Shown piece by piece: positions 25,472 to 38,775 of a stretch of DNA of 64,000 nt (its first letter is position 1; each line of letters begins with the position of its first letter). Position numbers and translations under genes: made by a program. The DNA lies in the NCBI GenBank assembly GCA_973895155.1, contig OZ316891.1, forward strand, positions 124,001 to 188,000, in the 5' to 3' direction. This stretch comes from Marsupella aquatica. Lineage: Eukaryota > Plantae > Marchantiophyta. The notes beneath the pieces were generated by a model. The model worked only from the letters and a program-made list of their open reading frames with translations. It ran no database searches and was not told the DNA's origin.

Positions 25472-28335
25472 CTAACACTCTACAAATTTCTCAGGCCACA
25501 TCACAAATGATTCCACAGCATCCACAAGATGGATGTGTGGCGGATCATCTCCCTTGTTTGGAAAGGGTAGAAGATATTTGGGCTTACTGACAGCAGTCAA
25601 CAACAGCACAACATGATCAGCAAGTACCTTCTTTCCATGGAAAGTACTTGCTTCAATTTGAAGTATGCCTTGCCCAACACAAACACCAGAATTATCAGTT
25701 GCCATTAGCCTAAAAGACTGTGCTACAATGCTCACTGCTGTCCCTTTTGGAGAAGTGTTATTCCTCTTCTTCTTTGGTGCCTTGTAAGGCAAAGTCTCCT
25801 TCCCACTGTTTCTGGTCCTCATCTTTCCCATGTTCATCAGTGGTGGGGATTGAGAAAACTCATCTCCAATACCTGGGGGAGGCTGAGAGTCTATGAAAAT
25901 CACATCATTGTCATCACTCTGCTTCTCCTGTGAATCTGAAAATTTGGTAGCCTCTAAGTTTCGTCTCCTCTTCCTACCTGCTGGATTTGGTATGCGCACC
26001 TCCTCCTGTGCTGGCTCTGTACCTCAATAGCAGCCACAAATTCCTTCATTTACAACTAAGCATATAGGCACTAAAGCTGTCAACAAACCATCAAGTTTGC
26101 ACTAATTGAACGTACATGGCATAGATACTCAACCACATTAACAGGCCAGACAGAGTCTTCAAACCAACATTTACTTACTCTCAATGACAGTTGTACCAGG
26201 TTCGATGATCTTTGGATCTGCTGCAACCACTACAATCTGATCACCTGATACACAATGTAACAAACCTTCAGGGTCTAGAACCTGAACCTGAACCATCCTG
26301 CATCCATGAACCTCAAATTCCTAGGTAAAGTCACACTACACTAAACATGATTTCAGATGACACGTACCACTCTTCTTTGTAGGCACAACTTCCACAATAT
26401 TTGCAGGCTCTTCATATGGATGTGCAATTGGGTGCTCAACCCTGCCAGCAATGTGCATCGCCCGCAACTCACGTAGTTCAGCTTGTACTTCCCTTAAGGT
26501 TGATCCTTGGCTTTGAAGAAGACTAGCTATGTCCTTGAATTGACTCTTCATCTCAGTCTCTACTGATGGCCAAGCGTTCTCCACAGTCTTCAACCGGTCT
26601 GATATCTCTGTAAGGGTAGACACTGCTCCCTGCTATATATCACATACACCAACCAAACGGCTCTTCTCAGCAATTTTACAATTGCATAAGGGCTGACAGT
26701 ACTGTACATCTGAAGAAGGACTGTATAACAGATTGTCCATCAATAATGCTCCTAAATTACCTGTTTAGATCCAATGCTGCCTTCATCACACTTTACCCTT
26801 TTGATTTTTGCCACAACCTCCTCTTTTGTGGGTTTCTCTCCAGTAAGCTTTTTCTGGAGCACATAAACATTGCAAGACACGTTTCTCAATGTCAATCTTG
26901 CCTAAACGTAGCGTGCTACTACAACTACATACAGTCCACTCAAATATTGAAATGTAAATAAAGATATGTATGGCATGGGAACCCAACCAATTTGGCTACT
27001 ACTGGTGCATGTCCTCCCCTCCCTATAAGCGTAGGATTCTTCACTGCATTTCTAGCAGCAATCATTTGTGCAGACTTCTCCTGTCCTGCCCTAGACAGGA
27101 ATGTCCCTCTCAGTCGAGCCCATTGTTCTACATGAACACTTGGGGGTGCTTCAGCATGTGGTTTACTGCCATCAGCAATCCATGCTTTGTGCAATCGATG
27201 CCTCTCTGTTTTCATGATAGTTCGTCCATACTCTGCAAGACAATCAGCACTGACCCCTTTCCCAGAATTCCCCAAATATTCCCACTTGTCTCGCATATAT
27301 TTGCAAACCAGTTCCCAGTCAGATGGATGTTGACAATTAAAGTTAGTACAGCTAATGTCCAACCACCGTAGACACTCCATTCGCAAGTCATTGTGCCATC
27401 TATTCTTTCCAGCACTCATCGTTGTGATCCGGCCTTCATCATCAACTTCAACAGTACCCAGCTTCACATTCTCACCTCTCCCAGTGCTCCCTGACGCACT
27501 ACTTGGTGTTGCAAATCCAGGAGTTGCTCTCCCATGGCCTGAGCGGGGTGTGATAGGGTTATCTGAAAAGAGAAACGCAATTAACACCATTAATATCATA
27601 TGGTCTCTGTGAACTACCTGATTTCAATACTTTACTTAGAACTGCTGTAGAAAATACCTCCTCCCCTCCGCAGACTCTGTGTCGGTTGGACTGAAGGTGC
27701 TAGTGCTGGTGCTGGTGCTGGGTTCCCACCATACCCACCATAACCTTGCCATCCTGTCGCCATTGGGAGAGGACCTCCCATGAATTGCCCCGATGGCCCC
27801 ATTGACCCTCCTTCATACATATTTGTGGGCTGCATACGGTCCCACATTGGGTCTGCCATTCACATCAGACCAGGCAAATTGTCATACTCAGACCCACATC
27901 TATTGAGGAACACAATCAGCCAATTTGAGCTCAAAATACACTTGTCCACATGAAACAAATTAAAATGTTCACACTTACTTGGCCAACTTGGACCCATATA
28001 GCTGGCAGAAGGGCCTACACCCATAGACCCGCCATAGTTATTGCCCCCCTGTCGTGCTTGCGGCCAGTTATAGTTGGGGGCATTAAATTGGGGGTTATTG
28101 CAATTGCTGTTGCTTGGGGCTTGGGCTGAGTATACAGAGGGCGTTGGTCGAGATCTCATAGAAGTTCCCCAGTTGCCTTACTACAAGCAGGCTTTGGTGG
28201 AGGGGTAGGATTTGGCATGTCATCATCCTCTGACATGCTAGCACTTGCATTCGGATCTTGGTCAGGATCATATTCTGTATCACCAACATCAGGCATGCAA
28301 TCCTCTACCTCATTCTTATCAGGAGATTCAGCCAT
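25472..28335 (-). CDS. CACTA TnpA-like multi-exon gene with C-terminal DUF8039/Tnp1-like domain (exon boundaries approximate)
   Basis: Minus-strand ORF series with GT-AG borders; RWHNDLRMECLRWLD...MKTERHRLHKAW...QWARL...KSAQMIAARNAVKNPTLIGRGGHA, a coiled coil, and terminal VCVGQG...LPFPN...DAVESFVMWP. Confidence 0.75.
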
Positions 28336-28798
28336 TGAAATAGGGGTCTTTGAAGTCAACCTCTCACTGCGTCGCCTAGGTCCGTCAGGATTACAGAAGG
28401 TCTTCCGTCTACACTGACTCCGCTTCGACAGTGTTGGGATACTTTTGTTACTGCAACACCCACATGAAATTCGACACAGGTTATGTATGTAGTAGTCCAT
28501 TACAGAAGCTACACAATGAACAGACGCACACAATGAGATACACATACAGCTCATACTATGCACAGTCCCTTACATATCCGAAATAGCCTCTTGCACATCA
28601 CCCAACAGGGCTGCGGCACATTGGCGAACCCATGCTCGATGTTTCACAGCCTGCTTCTCATACTCACACATGCCATTTTCGTCTGGCATCCTACTCACCA
28701 AGTTACTGCGGTTGCACAAACAAGTCATCCATTTATTGCTCATACTTGCTACTCATTGCACTTCAAAGAGTCACCTACTCACAACAAAACAAATCCAA

Positions 28799-31700
28799 CT
28801 ACTCATCATCTTCGTCCATGTCAGCTTCAACCTCTCCCTCATAAGTCTGTCTCACTGTCAAGGGGATGTACTCCCTGGTCCCCTGGCCCCGATGTACAAC
28901 GTCTACTGCCGGCTGTTCAAAGGCCCCATGTGCATCCAAACTGAACTCTATTTTAGTACCCTCCATCCTTCGAACTCTAGGTGAGCTATGGCAGACTACA
29001 CGCCAACCACGAGACTCCTCCACATCTAAAAAAAATACTTGCTCCACTTGACTTGGGAACACAAAAGGCTCCATCCATTCTGCCAGTCTTTGGTTAAAAT
29101 TGACCATTAGAAAGCCATCCATATCCCGTTTCATGGTCGCTCTTGGCCCATGCCAATCTGGCTTCACCCATGAACCTTTCATTAGGATGATTTGTTGTGA
29201 TGTGTTCCCATAATTCAGTGCCCAGATGTCTGCCAACTCCCCAACATATCCCATCTCCATCCAGCCCCTGTTGCTCTGAGCATCTATATGCTCAAACACA
29301 GATATTACCCCCGAATTATATGTCACTAAATGCTTGTCCTCATCATCATGCACACGGTACTGATTCCCATATGCTTTCATCCGTTTATACCGCTGTACAA
29401 TACGTCTGGGAGGCATAGACAAGAGGAGAACATCTCTATCCATGTTTGGGTTCTGCCTGCTATGCTCTCGAATTGTTGTCCTAATCCACTCAGGAAAAGT
29501 AGGGAATGCCTGGTGATTTAACCCTAATTGGGCGGCCTTCTGCACATTGTATTCCCTGCATGATGACAATGAGAACAATTTCTCAATACAATGTACATAT
29601 CCTACCAAAATGGATATGAATAAAGAAGGAATGCAAGGAGGGTGCGGAAACATGAGTACTCACTGCCACCAAGGTTGCATCATGACTGTATTGTGTAAGA
29701 CATATAAGTGTGCTGCATCACGAACTTCTGCAGACAATTGCAAGGAAGTAAAAGCGCCTTGAAGAACCTCTCCAGCCACCCCCTCTTCTTCCTCAGCATC
29801 CCACACCCTGCTCCTAACAGTGTCTACACCAGCCATGTACTCTGTAAGGAACCCCAAGGTCTCTTCTTGAATGTAATCGAGAGCCATGCTTGCTTCAGGC
29901 CTATAATAAGTACGTACATGGCCTTTTAGCAACTTCATGTACCGTTCCATTGGATACATCCACCTTGTACTCACTGGGCCGTAGTGGCCCAGATCTTCAA
30001 CCGCATGGATGATCAAATGAGTCATGACATCAAAAAATGCTGGCGGGAAATAAATCTCCAAGTCACAAAGCACACGCACAGTATCTGCCTTTAACTGAGG
30101 AAATGTTGTAGGGTCCCACACCTTCACACAAATACGACGAAAGATCTGACACAATCTCAAAATGACATTGCGAACTGGTTTTTGCATCAATCCCCTCAGA
30201 CATACTGGTAGAATGTCTTGCATCATAACATGGAAGTCATGAGTTTTCATGCTTCCCAACTTCTTCTTCCTTATATGCTTTGCAAAGGCTCCAGCGTACC
30301 CAGAGGGTACTCTGAACGAACTCAGCCTAGACAAAATTGTGTTCCACTCGTTCTGGGTGCAAACATATGGAGCTTGGTACTTGAAAACCACACCCGGCCT
30401 ATTCTGGGATTCTTGCAGCCAAAGTTGAGGACGAATGCCCTTCTCCTGAAGGTCCTTTCGTACTGCTGCAGTATCGTTGTCCCCCGATAGAAACTTCAAA
30501 AGACTTTCGCATACATTCTTCTCAATGTGCATAACATCAATGTTATGTTTGCTTGGCTCAAAATCCTGCACCCATGAAGTACGCATGATTGCCACAATTA
30601 GGTTCAGACACAAGAACTAAAAACTGTTGTGCATAGGATCTGAAGAGGTTCACTGAGTACAAGTGAATATGCAAATGTTACCTTCCAATACTCCAATGAT
30701 GTGTCCATCATTGTCTGCCTTTTGATGCCATGAGTCTTTGCTGGGTCATCTGGCACGTCTCTACAAGCACCATATTCATCATAAGACACCTTGTTCAGTC
30801 CCCACTGCAGAAGTTGGTCTCTACTAACCAACACAGGAGACTCTCGAAGCTCCCTCTGGTTGTTGAAGTGGGCTATGTGGGATTGCCTGTGCCTGAAAGG
30901 GTGGTCGGCAGGAAGATATCGCCTGTGGCCCTGGAATTTGATACTGCCCAAGGAAACGGACCGTTCAGATGTAACATCTGGGCCACATTGTGTGCAACCC
31001 AGATATCCCTTCCCTACCTGCCCAGATATCATGCTATGTCCAGGGTAGTTTGCTATTGAATTAACACACATTGCACGTAGGTTGAATGTCCTCGGTCTAC
31101 CAGGTCCACAAAGTGCATCAACTGTCATAACTCCATGTGTCCATAGAGTAATCCATTCCTCCACCGCAGGGGCCAACCAAACATCTATGTTTGCACTTAT
31201 AGCAGAGTTTGGGCCGGGAATCATAAGACACAAGATCACAAAAAAACGCTTGGTGGATATCCAAGGCGGGAGATTATAATTTATCAAAGTCACTGGCCAG
31301 CAAGAATACACGTTGTTCTTGTCTCCAAAAGGATTAGCACCGTCAAGGCTTAGACCAAACCTCACATTTCTGCTCTCTGCTGCAAAGTCCGGCCACTTCT
31401 CATCTATGTACTTCCAGTGGTTGGAATCTCCAACGTGACGTTGCAAACCATCTGTACTCTTCTGATCAGAGGTCCAAGTCATCATCTTAGAAATGGATGG
31501 ACACCTATAGAGGCGCTGCAATCTTGGAATGAGAGGGAAATGCCGTAGGACCTTAGCAGGTTGAGTTGACTTCCCCACGTTCTTATATCTGTGCTTTCCG
31601 CAGATAGGGCAGGATAGGCAATCAACATATTCTTTTCTGAAAAGTACATGGCCATCTGGGCATGCATGGATGGACACATAATTCAAACCAAGTTTGCTCA

Positions 31701-32556
31701 TCACCTTCTTTGCCTCATACATGTTCTTAGGAGCAATGTTTCCAGCGGGTAGTACTGTCCTCTGTAGGAACATCAACAACTCTGTTACACATATGTTGGG
31801 CACACGGTGACATCCACATATATTGAGGAACATCACTATGAACCCTAGTTTGGAGCAATTTGCACCACCATACAATGGGGACGTAGCTTCCTCCAAGTAG
31901 GCCCCAGTTCCCAAGAATTGACCATCATCTCCAGCTCCTTCTCCAATGTCAAACTCTTCTTGGTCCGATGGATTTGCACCATGCATGTCTGGTTCTTCGT
32001 CCCCCTGTGCCTCTGCATCTTCATAAAGTGCATCCAGGTCTTGAAAAATGTCGGAAACCATCCTAGGAACATCTGCCCCGTCCTCATTAGAAGTCTCGGG
32101 ACCTCCCTGTGGAACATACTCATCTTCGGCATTGTTGCCTGCATGACCAGTGACGTTATGAAAGAATGCAGAGCGTCTTGCTGTATTCACATTTTCAAAA
32201 TCTGCTCTCCATTCATCATCCGATGAATCCTCTTCCTCTGGCACATTCCACACCCTGCGGATTGGATGTCTTCCATGCCTTTGAAGATGAGAATGCACTT
32301 GGTTCAGGGTCATCGAGTGGTATCCTCGACATTGCATGCAGGGGCATCTCATCCGGGCATTTCTGCCCCGACTTGCTCTAAGCACCTCTCTATTCCACAA
32401 CTTGGAGTCATGACATGTAATCCTCAGTGGGTGATGCAAAGGGAGTCGCACTTCATTGGTATGTCTCTGATTCCTTTGCCCCAACTGTCCATCCTCATTT
32501 GCCTGATCCATACCTTCAGCTGTCGTAGGCACCCCTTGGCTATGTACCCTTTGCAC
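28799..32556 (-). CDS. CACTA TnpD transposase (Transposase_21, DUF4218, DUF4216); exons ~32556-30682, 30565-29665, 29555-28799
   Basis: CPCMQC..HLQRHG, IHACPDGHVLF, LRHFPLIPRLQRLY, FGLSLDGANPF, YNLPPW, IDVMHIEKNVCES, WMYPMERYM, EPFVFPSQVEQVFF. Confidence 0.93.
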
Positions 32557-32904
32557 TAGACAGGCTTATACAATTGCATATTCTAAGTACATGGAGGGGA
32601 CACATGCAAGTTTCATGAAGGAAATATCATAGACGCTAAACACACTCACTATCAAGTCCGCTCTGTGCTGGCGCCCGACCTGCTCACTACAGGCAGCAAC
32701 ATCATAACAGACTTGCTATAATCAGTGAAGTGCTTGGTCGTTGACCAGTCAATGGTACAACGTACATCATACACTGCCATACATCTCCACATGCAAAACC
32801 AAGACATTTGGAGGATGAAAAGGAGTAATGTCTTGTAGACAAAAAATAACACACAAAAGTTTATTTCAAAAATGTAACCGTCTAGCATACAGACAGTTGA
32901 GACC

Positions 32905-33855
32905 TTATTCATAATCATTAGGGCTAATAGAATCATACACACTATCAGAAAACTCTTCATCCGTGGTCTGGAACTCAGAAGTAACATATTCTGGGTCGTC
33001 ATAGGGAATGAATGGCTTTGCTGGCCATATTTCATATAAATCATATTTATGCTCATCTAATCGCATATTTGTTGAAAGTGACTGCCTGACCCATTCAGGG
33101 CAGACCACACGCAGCCCATGTGTGATGAGCCATCGTACTGTGGACTTTCCATACTCTCAGCATGCCTTAGAATATGAATGAGCAATGAGATGGGTGGTCT
33201 CATTAGTGAGCTTCTCAATCACTGTACCACCTCTTCTACTGATCTCCCTCTTGAAACGACAGACCCTATATGGCTTGATAGACTTGTCAAGTATAACAGC
33301 CCTCACACCTCTGAACATGGTACGGTCTGGGATGGGTTCTGTCTCATATGGGATAATGTTGTTGTATACTTTTGTGATCTGGTCAATAGACGGAACCCTA
33401 CTCCCACCTCTCCCTGCAATTCTACGAGCCTTGTGCCAATCTCGACTGTCTTTCATCATTTGGACGCTATTGTACTTGCTCTCAAACAAATTGTAATCAT
33501 CAGGATCTTGGACACTCCCTTTTCTAAGGGAGTCAGACATCCATTCTGCTGAAAGTATTTTGACATGCCTCAAGAAGACTTTGTCATAGAAAACCGACCA
33601 AGATGCCATTTTCAGACAATGTTCCCATGTTTCTGCAATAATATGGGTGACTTCAGTGTCCTGTAGTTGAGATTGTGTCTCTGTACCGTGACACTCAATG
33701 AGTTTTCTCCTAAGGATATCCAATCTTGCACTCTGAATACCTGGGACAAAAAAGACTCTGACCCCTTGGAAGATGGGAGCACACTGGGAAGTTGGAAGGG
33801 GGACAAGTTCACGCTTCCGTTTGGAAGGCATGATGCCTCCTGTAATAAAAGCCAA
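32905..33855 (-). pseudogene. Tandem BRCT-domain protein (Pol lambda-like BRCT) with one in-frame TGA at 33157-33159
   Basis: IFQGVRVFFV...VTHII...ILSAEWMSDSL and MFRGVRAVIL...GGTV...TTHLI...VVCPEWVRQSL; the two ORFs are in frame, 16 codons apart. Confidence 0.8.
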
Positions 33856-34734
33856 TAGAGAAATACCAGTGCCCGCGTTGCCTGTCCCTCAATGCTTCAG
33901 CCCAATGCTCTCTGATGACACAAAGTGCACTCTAGCTCCCTGATTGTGGCACACATGACAAGATCGAAAGTCAATACATGCAGTAAATCCCAGCACGGAG
34001 TTATAGGACAAACCATATACTCTTTAGTCAAATTATTTTCACCATGTGTTCATGTAATTACATTGATGAAAGTAGAGCGACAGCCTACTTCAGTATACAC
34101 ATAGCATACATGTGGCCCTTTATATTGTCTTGTCTGCATATAGCCTGAATTCACATTTGAATACCTGTATCTTACGTGACAGTGGTGGGGACTGAGAATG
34201 ATATCATTCAACTGCCCAATTTCCAGTCACATCTGTAATTGTACAAATGTATGGGTCAGGCACACGACTTAAGATGACCTTTGTTAAGAGCAGAAACAAA
34301 TACATAATTTGAGCTATATATGTATTTTCATACTCCAATGCATGCATGTTGTTTTACTCCAGGCAACAGTCTGCTTGGAATCTTTAGTCTTTCACAGTTA
34401 TGGTCTCTTGCCATACACATGATTCACTCAAAGTGGAAAAAACACAGACATCCTTGTGCAGGCCCTAACTTTGAAATTGCAATTAACTTAATCAGTCTTC
34501 AAAAAATAAGTTAACTTAGTTAGTTTTGGAGGTGTCATCGTGTACGAAAGTATAAGGACAGAACCATGTATGGCTGAACTGAAAAAGCAAGATCCAAATT
34601 TACTATGCAGTCACAAAGTCGATCGATAGCTCACTGTAGCGGGGTGTGTCTGAGCTATGGTTGACAGCGCAGTGAGGTGCCCACTTCATTAAAAAGTCCA
34701 AAATGTGAGATGTGCAATGTTGGATTCATTTAGC

Positions 34735-35457
34735 TCAGCCTGTTGGTGCTGATCCACTTGTTTTGTTGCTGGCGCTGGAGGTGTCATCCAGCAATAGCCA
34801 AGTCAAGTGGTCTCTCGCAGGGGTCTGCAAATGAGGGTCAATCGTATGGAGGTGGCAATACAAAAACCACCTATCAACCCCGTGTGCAGAGTGGGAATAA
34901 ATTTGGCGGTCACATGCATACCCTTCTGCCTGAAGGGCTAGTAAACACTCATGGTGCCAGGCTGTGGGACATCTGGGACAATGGACCATGTCTATCCAGT
35001 AGTCATCATCAGGCTCCCCACAAGCAGGACAAATATGTAGTGGGCAAAGGGAGTTATCATGGGGCAAGCATGTCAAACAAAAAAAATGAACACAAAACCT
35101 GTCAGGACATTTCCGCAGCTCTGGTTGATCCCCCTCAACAGTGCCGTTTGTGCCACATTGAGCACACTTGCTGATATTAGTGGCACAATCAAAGCAAGTC
35201 CAAGCACCCCGATGGTCCCCCTGGAGCCCAACCCCAGGGCATGCATTTTGTGGTGCATAAGTGGACCAGGAATTGACATGGAATTGTCTCAGGCAGGGGC
35301 CATCACACATGACCAGGTCACCTCCATCATCACAAATGGCACAGACATGAGCGGCTTTCTGATGAATTTGTGCATTGGACCAATGATGATGTCTACTCAT
35401 GGAATCGTGCCTCACCTGTGATCCGCCTCTGTGTGCTGACCGTTTTGGACGAGCCAT
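34735..35457 (-). CDS. Stand-alone EDM2/NSD-like composite PHD-finger protein
   Basis: CAICDDGGDLVMCDGPCLRQFH...WTCFDC...KCAQC...KCPDRFCVHFF...CPLHICPAC...CPRCPTAWHHECL follows the Cys/His spacing of plant EDM2 PHD fingers. Confidence 0.82.
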   Translation of the reverse strand: MARPKRSAHRGGSQVRHDSMSRHHHWSNAQIHQKAAHVCAICDDGGDLVMCDGPCLRQFHVNSWSTYAPQNACPGVGLQGDHRGAWTCFDCATNISKCAQCGTNGTVEGDQPELRKCPDRFCVHFFCLTCLPHDNSLCPLHICPACGEPDDDYWIDMVHCPRCPTAWHHECLLALQAEGYACDRQIYSHSAHGVDRWFLYCHLHTIDPHLQTPARDHLTWLLLDDTSSASNKTSGSAPTG

Positions 35458-37789
35458 GACTTCTACCCCGATAGAAAACAACACAATATATGGCCAGAGT
35501 CAGTGACGTAGTGAAGCATGCAAAGAATGAGAAACTAAAACTATGAATTAATACCAAAGATTTGAGAAACTGTAATTTCAAGTTCTAAATTCAAGACGGG
35601 TTGTGTGCATGGAGGAAATTTTAAGTTTAGGACTCTGAGATTGTACACAGGCAATTACTGAACGATTTCTGCCATTAAAGGTGGGCAATTGTTGGGCTAG
35701 CATTTTCACACATTAATTTTTATAAATTTTGGGGGCCACGAAAATAAGGGGAACCAGTAGAAGAATTCAAAAGTCCACAGCAGGACATTGCTCAGCACAG
35801 CAAGAAGGCCAGTAGAATACAATCGACACCCCATACATAAAATCCAATCAAATAACCCAAATCCAGTCTACACTTCCATAGTGAAATCCTAGCTTGACCC
35901 TGGCCCCGATCTGAGATTGCTATAGTGATGGGCATGCATAAGAGAGGGAGAGATTTCTATACATACTTGAGGATAAGCAGCACAAACGCTCGACCCTGAG
36001 ACCACCAGTGAAGACAAAGCAATGACAATGTAGAGGGCTCTGAGTGATTATAGACCTCAAGAGTTGACAAAACCCTGGAATGATTTCTTTGTGCCTAGCT
36101 TGGCAAAAGAGAAAGCTCTTGAACGGGTGGGAAAATGATTTGCAAGTGCCACAGACAGAGTGTGGCTCATCAGTTCTGTGGCTCATTAGTTGTTCGTGGA
36201 GGAGTACATTATAGAGTATCACATTTGACTAATGTCCTGTACATTGAATACATACAGTGGCAAAGTAGTCAATGGAAGAGTGACCTGCTCCCTTTGCGTT
36301 CTTCCTGTTGCCGAAATATGAATGTAGAGGTAGAATTGCATGCAGGAAAATTTGAAGTTTAGGGCTATGACATCCATGCTTTGTGCAACCTCTAATCCGA
36401 AAGCCTCCAAAGACACAAGTGAAGCATGTAGGCGCGCGTAATAACTTCTAATTTAGTCATTGACAGTACAAGAGTATACTCTAAAATCTGCGATTCTGAA
36501 AGTACAAGCATTGCAAGCGCGCAGGTCTGAAAAGTTGTTGCAAGACACAAATAAGCACTAAGCGACTAAGGACAGGACCGTTGAGTTGAAATCACAGCTC
36601 AGCAAAGGCAAAGAAAAACCCCCCGCACCCCACCTTAGTTCTGCACAACACTTCTGCACACTAGAATACTAGTGTATAAGATTAGAGCAATTCAAGCCGA
36701 AGCAGAATGAAAGTGCCAACAATATACTGTGATCCCATCTACATTTCCATAGTGAAATCCAAGTTCGACGCCGACCCCGACATGAGATTGCTATAGTGAT
36801 GGGCATGCATAAGAGAGGGAGAGATGATGACACGTACTTGAGGATCGCGAGAGAGAGAAATTTGCAACAGAGAGTGGACACAATGGAAGAGCGAGACACG
36901 ATGGAAGAGCGAGACCGAGAGAGAGGGCGAGAGAGAGTGAGGTGAGAATTCAGCAAGAGAGGTCTCGAATAGGGACAACCTTCTATATATGAACCATAGT
37001 TTTTGCTGTCATTAATTTTCCAGAGTTAAGATGAACAAACAGAGTACAAACAGAGCACAATGAAGCACCACAGTGCGTCGCACGGGACCTCTCACCTCTG
37101 CCTGAACACCAGCCGCACCCAACACCACACCAGAGATCAGTGGTCTTGAAAACAAGTTGACACCCTAAACCTGGCACTTCCAATGTCGCCCGCTCCAATG
37201 TCGCAGCGCATTTTTGTTCTAGCTCGTTCTCCTCTTGACCGAAGAACAACCCAACAAGCAAATGGCGGAAGATGGACGCACTTAGCACCTGGGTGAATGT
37301 GGTCACGTTGCGCTTCAAGTGTGGCCCTAAACCCTTCCTCCTCCCTTCAATCACAGAGAGTCTTCGACCGCAAGAGCAAGAAGCACTTCCTCTCCTCTCA
37401 TCTCCCAATGCTATGCAAGGCAAAGAGGTAAAGACTTACAAAGCTAATGGAGGAAGATGGACCCCCGCACCACGAACTTGGCGTCCGACCCTAAAATTTC
37501 CCGCAATGCCCCCGCAATGCCTTCAGGGAGCACTCGCAAACGCACCCAGCACCCGATTGAATGTGGTCAGGTCGCTTCAAGTGTGGTGTCAAACCCTTCC
37601 TCCTCCCTGAAATCACAGAGAGCCCGACTCACTGCACACTAAGAATCCCATTGTTTCTCCATAAACCTTCGTTCCCTCCTTGATTGATCGACTATCGATC
37701 GCCCCTCTCAATGAGTCGCCTCATTCGCTCCACCTCCCCTCCCCTTTATAAACCCTCTTTGCAGACGAAGACCCTACATTTGCTCCCGC

Positions 37790-37923
37790 GCACAAGGGTG
37801 GAGAGTACTAAGGTTCTCAGCCAGTGACATGTAAGGGGCTCATGTAAGGGGGTACTGCACAACGGTGGAGAGTACTAAGGTACTCAGCCAGTGACATGTA
37901 AGGGGCTCATGTAAGGGGGTACC
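37790..37923. repeat. Two tandem 67-bp copies in the CACTA 5' region
   Basis: gcacaa.ggtggagagtactaaggt.ctcagccagtgacatgtaaggggctcatgtaagggggtac x2. Confidence 0.9.
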
Positions 37924-38775
37924 TCTACTATTTGAAGCTTTCTCACATAAAAAGCTTGAATGTTTGGCAATTGGTGAGTAGCACTCACTCACATAAGAAC
38001 CCTAAACTAAGACAATCAGCTTAGATAGTGGACCTGCCATTTTCCTTATGATGGGATGTTGTAATTAAGTGGTATCCCCCATCCAACTTCAAAGGTGCAT
38101 GGACAACCTTGAACCATGAACAATGTCCCTTGCACCTTGAAGAATGAGTGATTGAAAAGAGTAGGTAAAGTCAACATCGCAAAGGAGTCGCAACAAATGA
38201 GTGGAAACTTTGTGGAAGTGATACTTAAGACATATGTAGTGATAACACCCTAAACTTCCATAACCTTGTCACAATAGTCAATAGTGGTTTGGTAAAAAAT
38301 AGGGGGTATTTCTACTAGTGCCAAATCCAAGAGGGTTGTTTGGATTTGGACCATCCAAATCCAAGTGGGTTGTTTGGATTCGGACCATCCGAATCCAAGT
38401 GGCTTGATTGGATTCAGATGGTCCGAATCTAAGAGGGTTGTTTGGATTCGGACCATCCGAATCCAAGTGGGCTTCTTGTATTAGATTCGGATGGTCCAAA
38501 TCCAACAGGCTTGATTGGATTCGGATGGTCCAAATCCAAGAGCCCTCAATCTCACTTTGACAGTGATTTCTTAAAACAAATTTCATGGATTTGAAGTCCA
38601 ATATGAATTTTCACTCTCCAATGCAGAGAGTGATCTGGTGAATACAACTCTTGCCATTTCAGAGGCAGACTGCGACGATGGGCTCATTTTGGAGGACCGT
38701 GATCCAGGATTTCGGTGAGGACTTGAGTTCTCGCGAGTAAACTTCCGCCTGAATTCATTTAACATTTAGGATCCA

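Larger units (their letters stand above)
24891..38320 (-). mobile_element. Full-length inner CACTA/EnSpm transposon (13.4 kb) with cargo genes
   Basis: 31-bp perfect TIRs CACTAGTAGAAATACCCCCTATTTTTTACCA (24891-24921, 38290-38320); GACT/AGTC-rich subterminal region; TnpD and TnpA-like genes. Confidence 0.95.
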
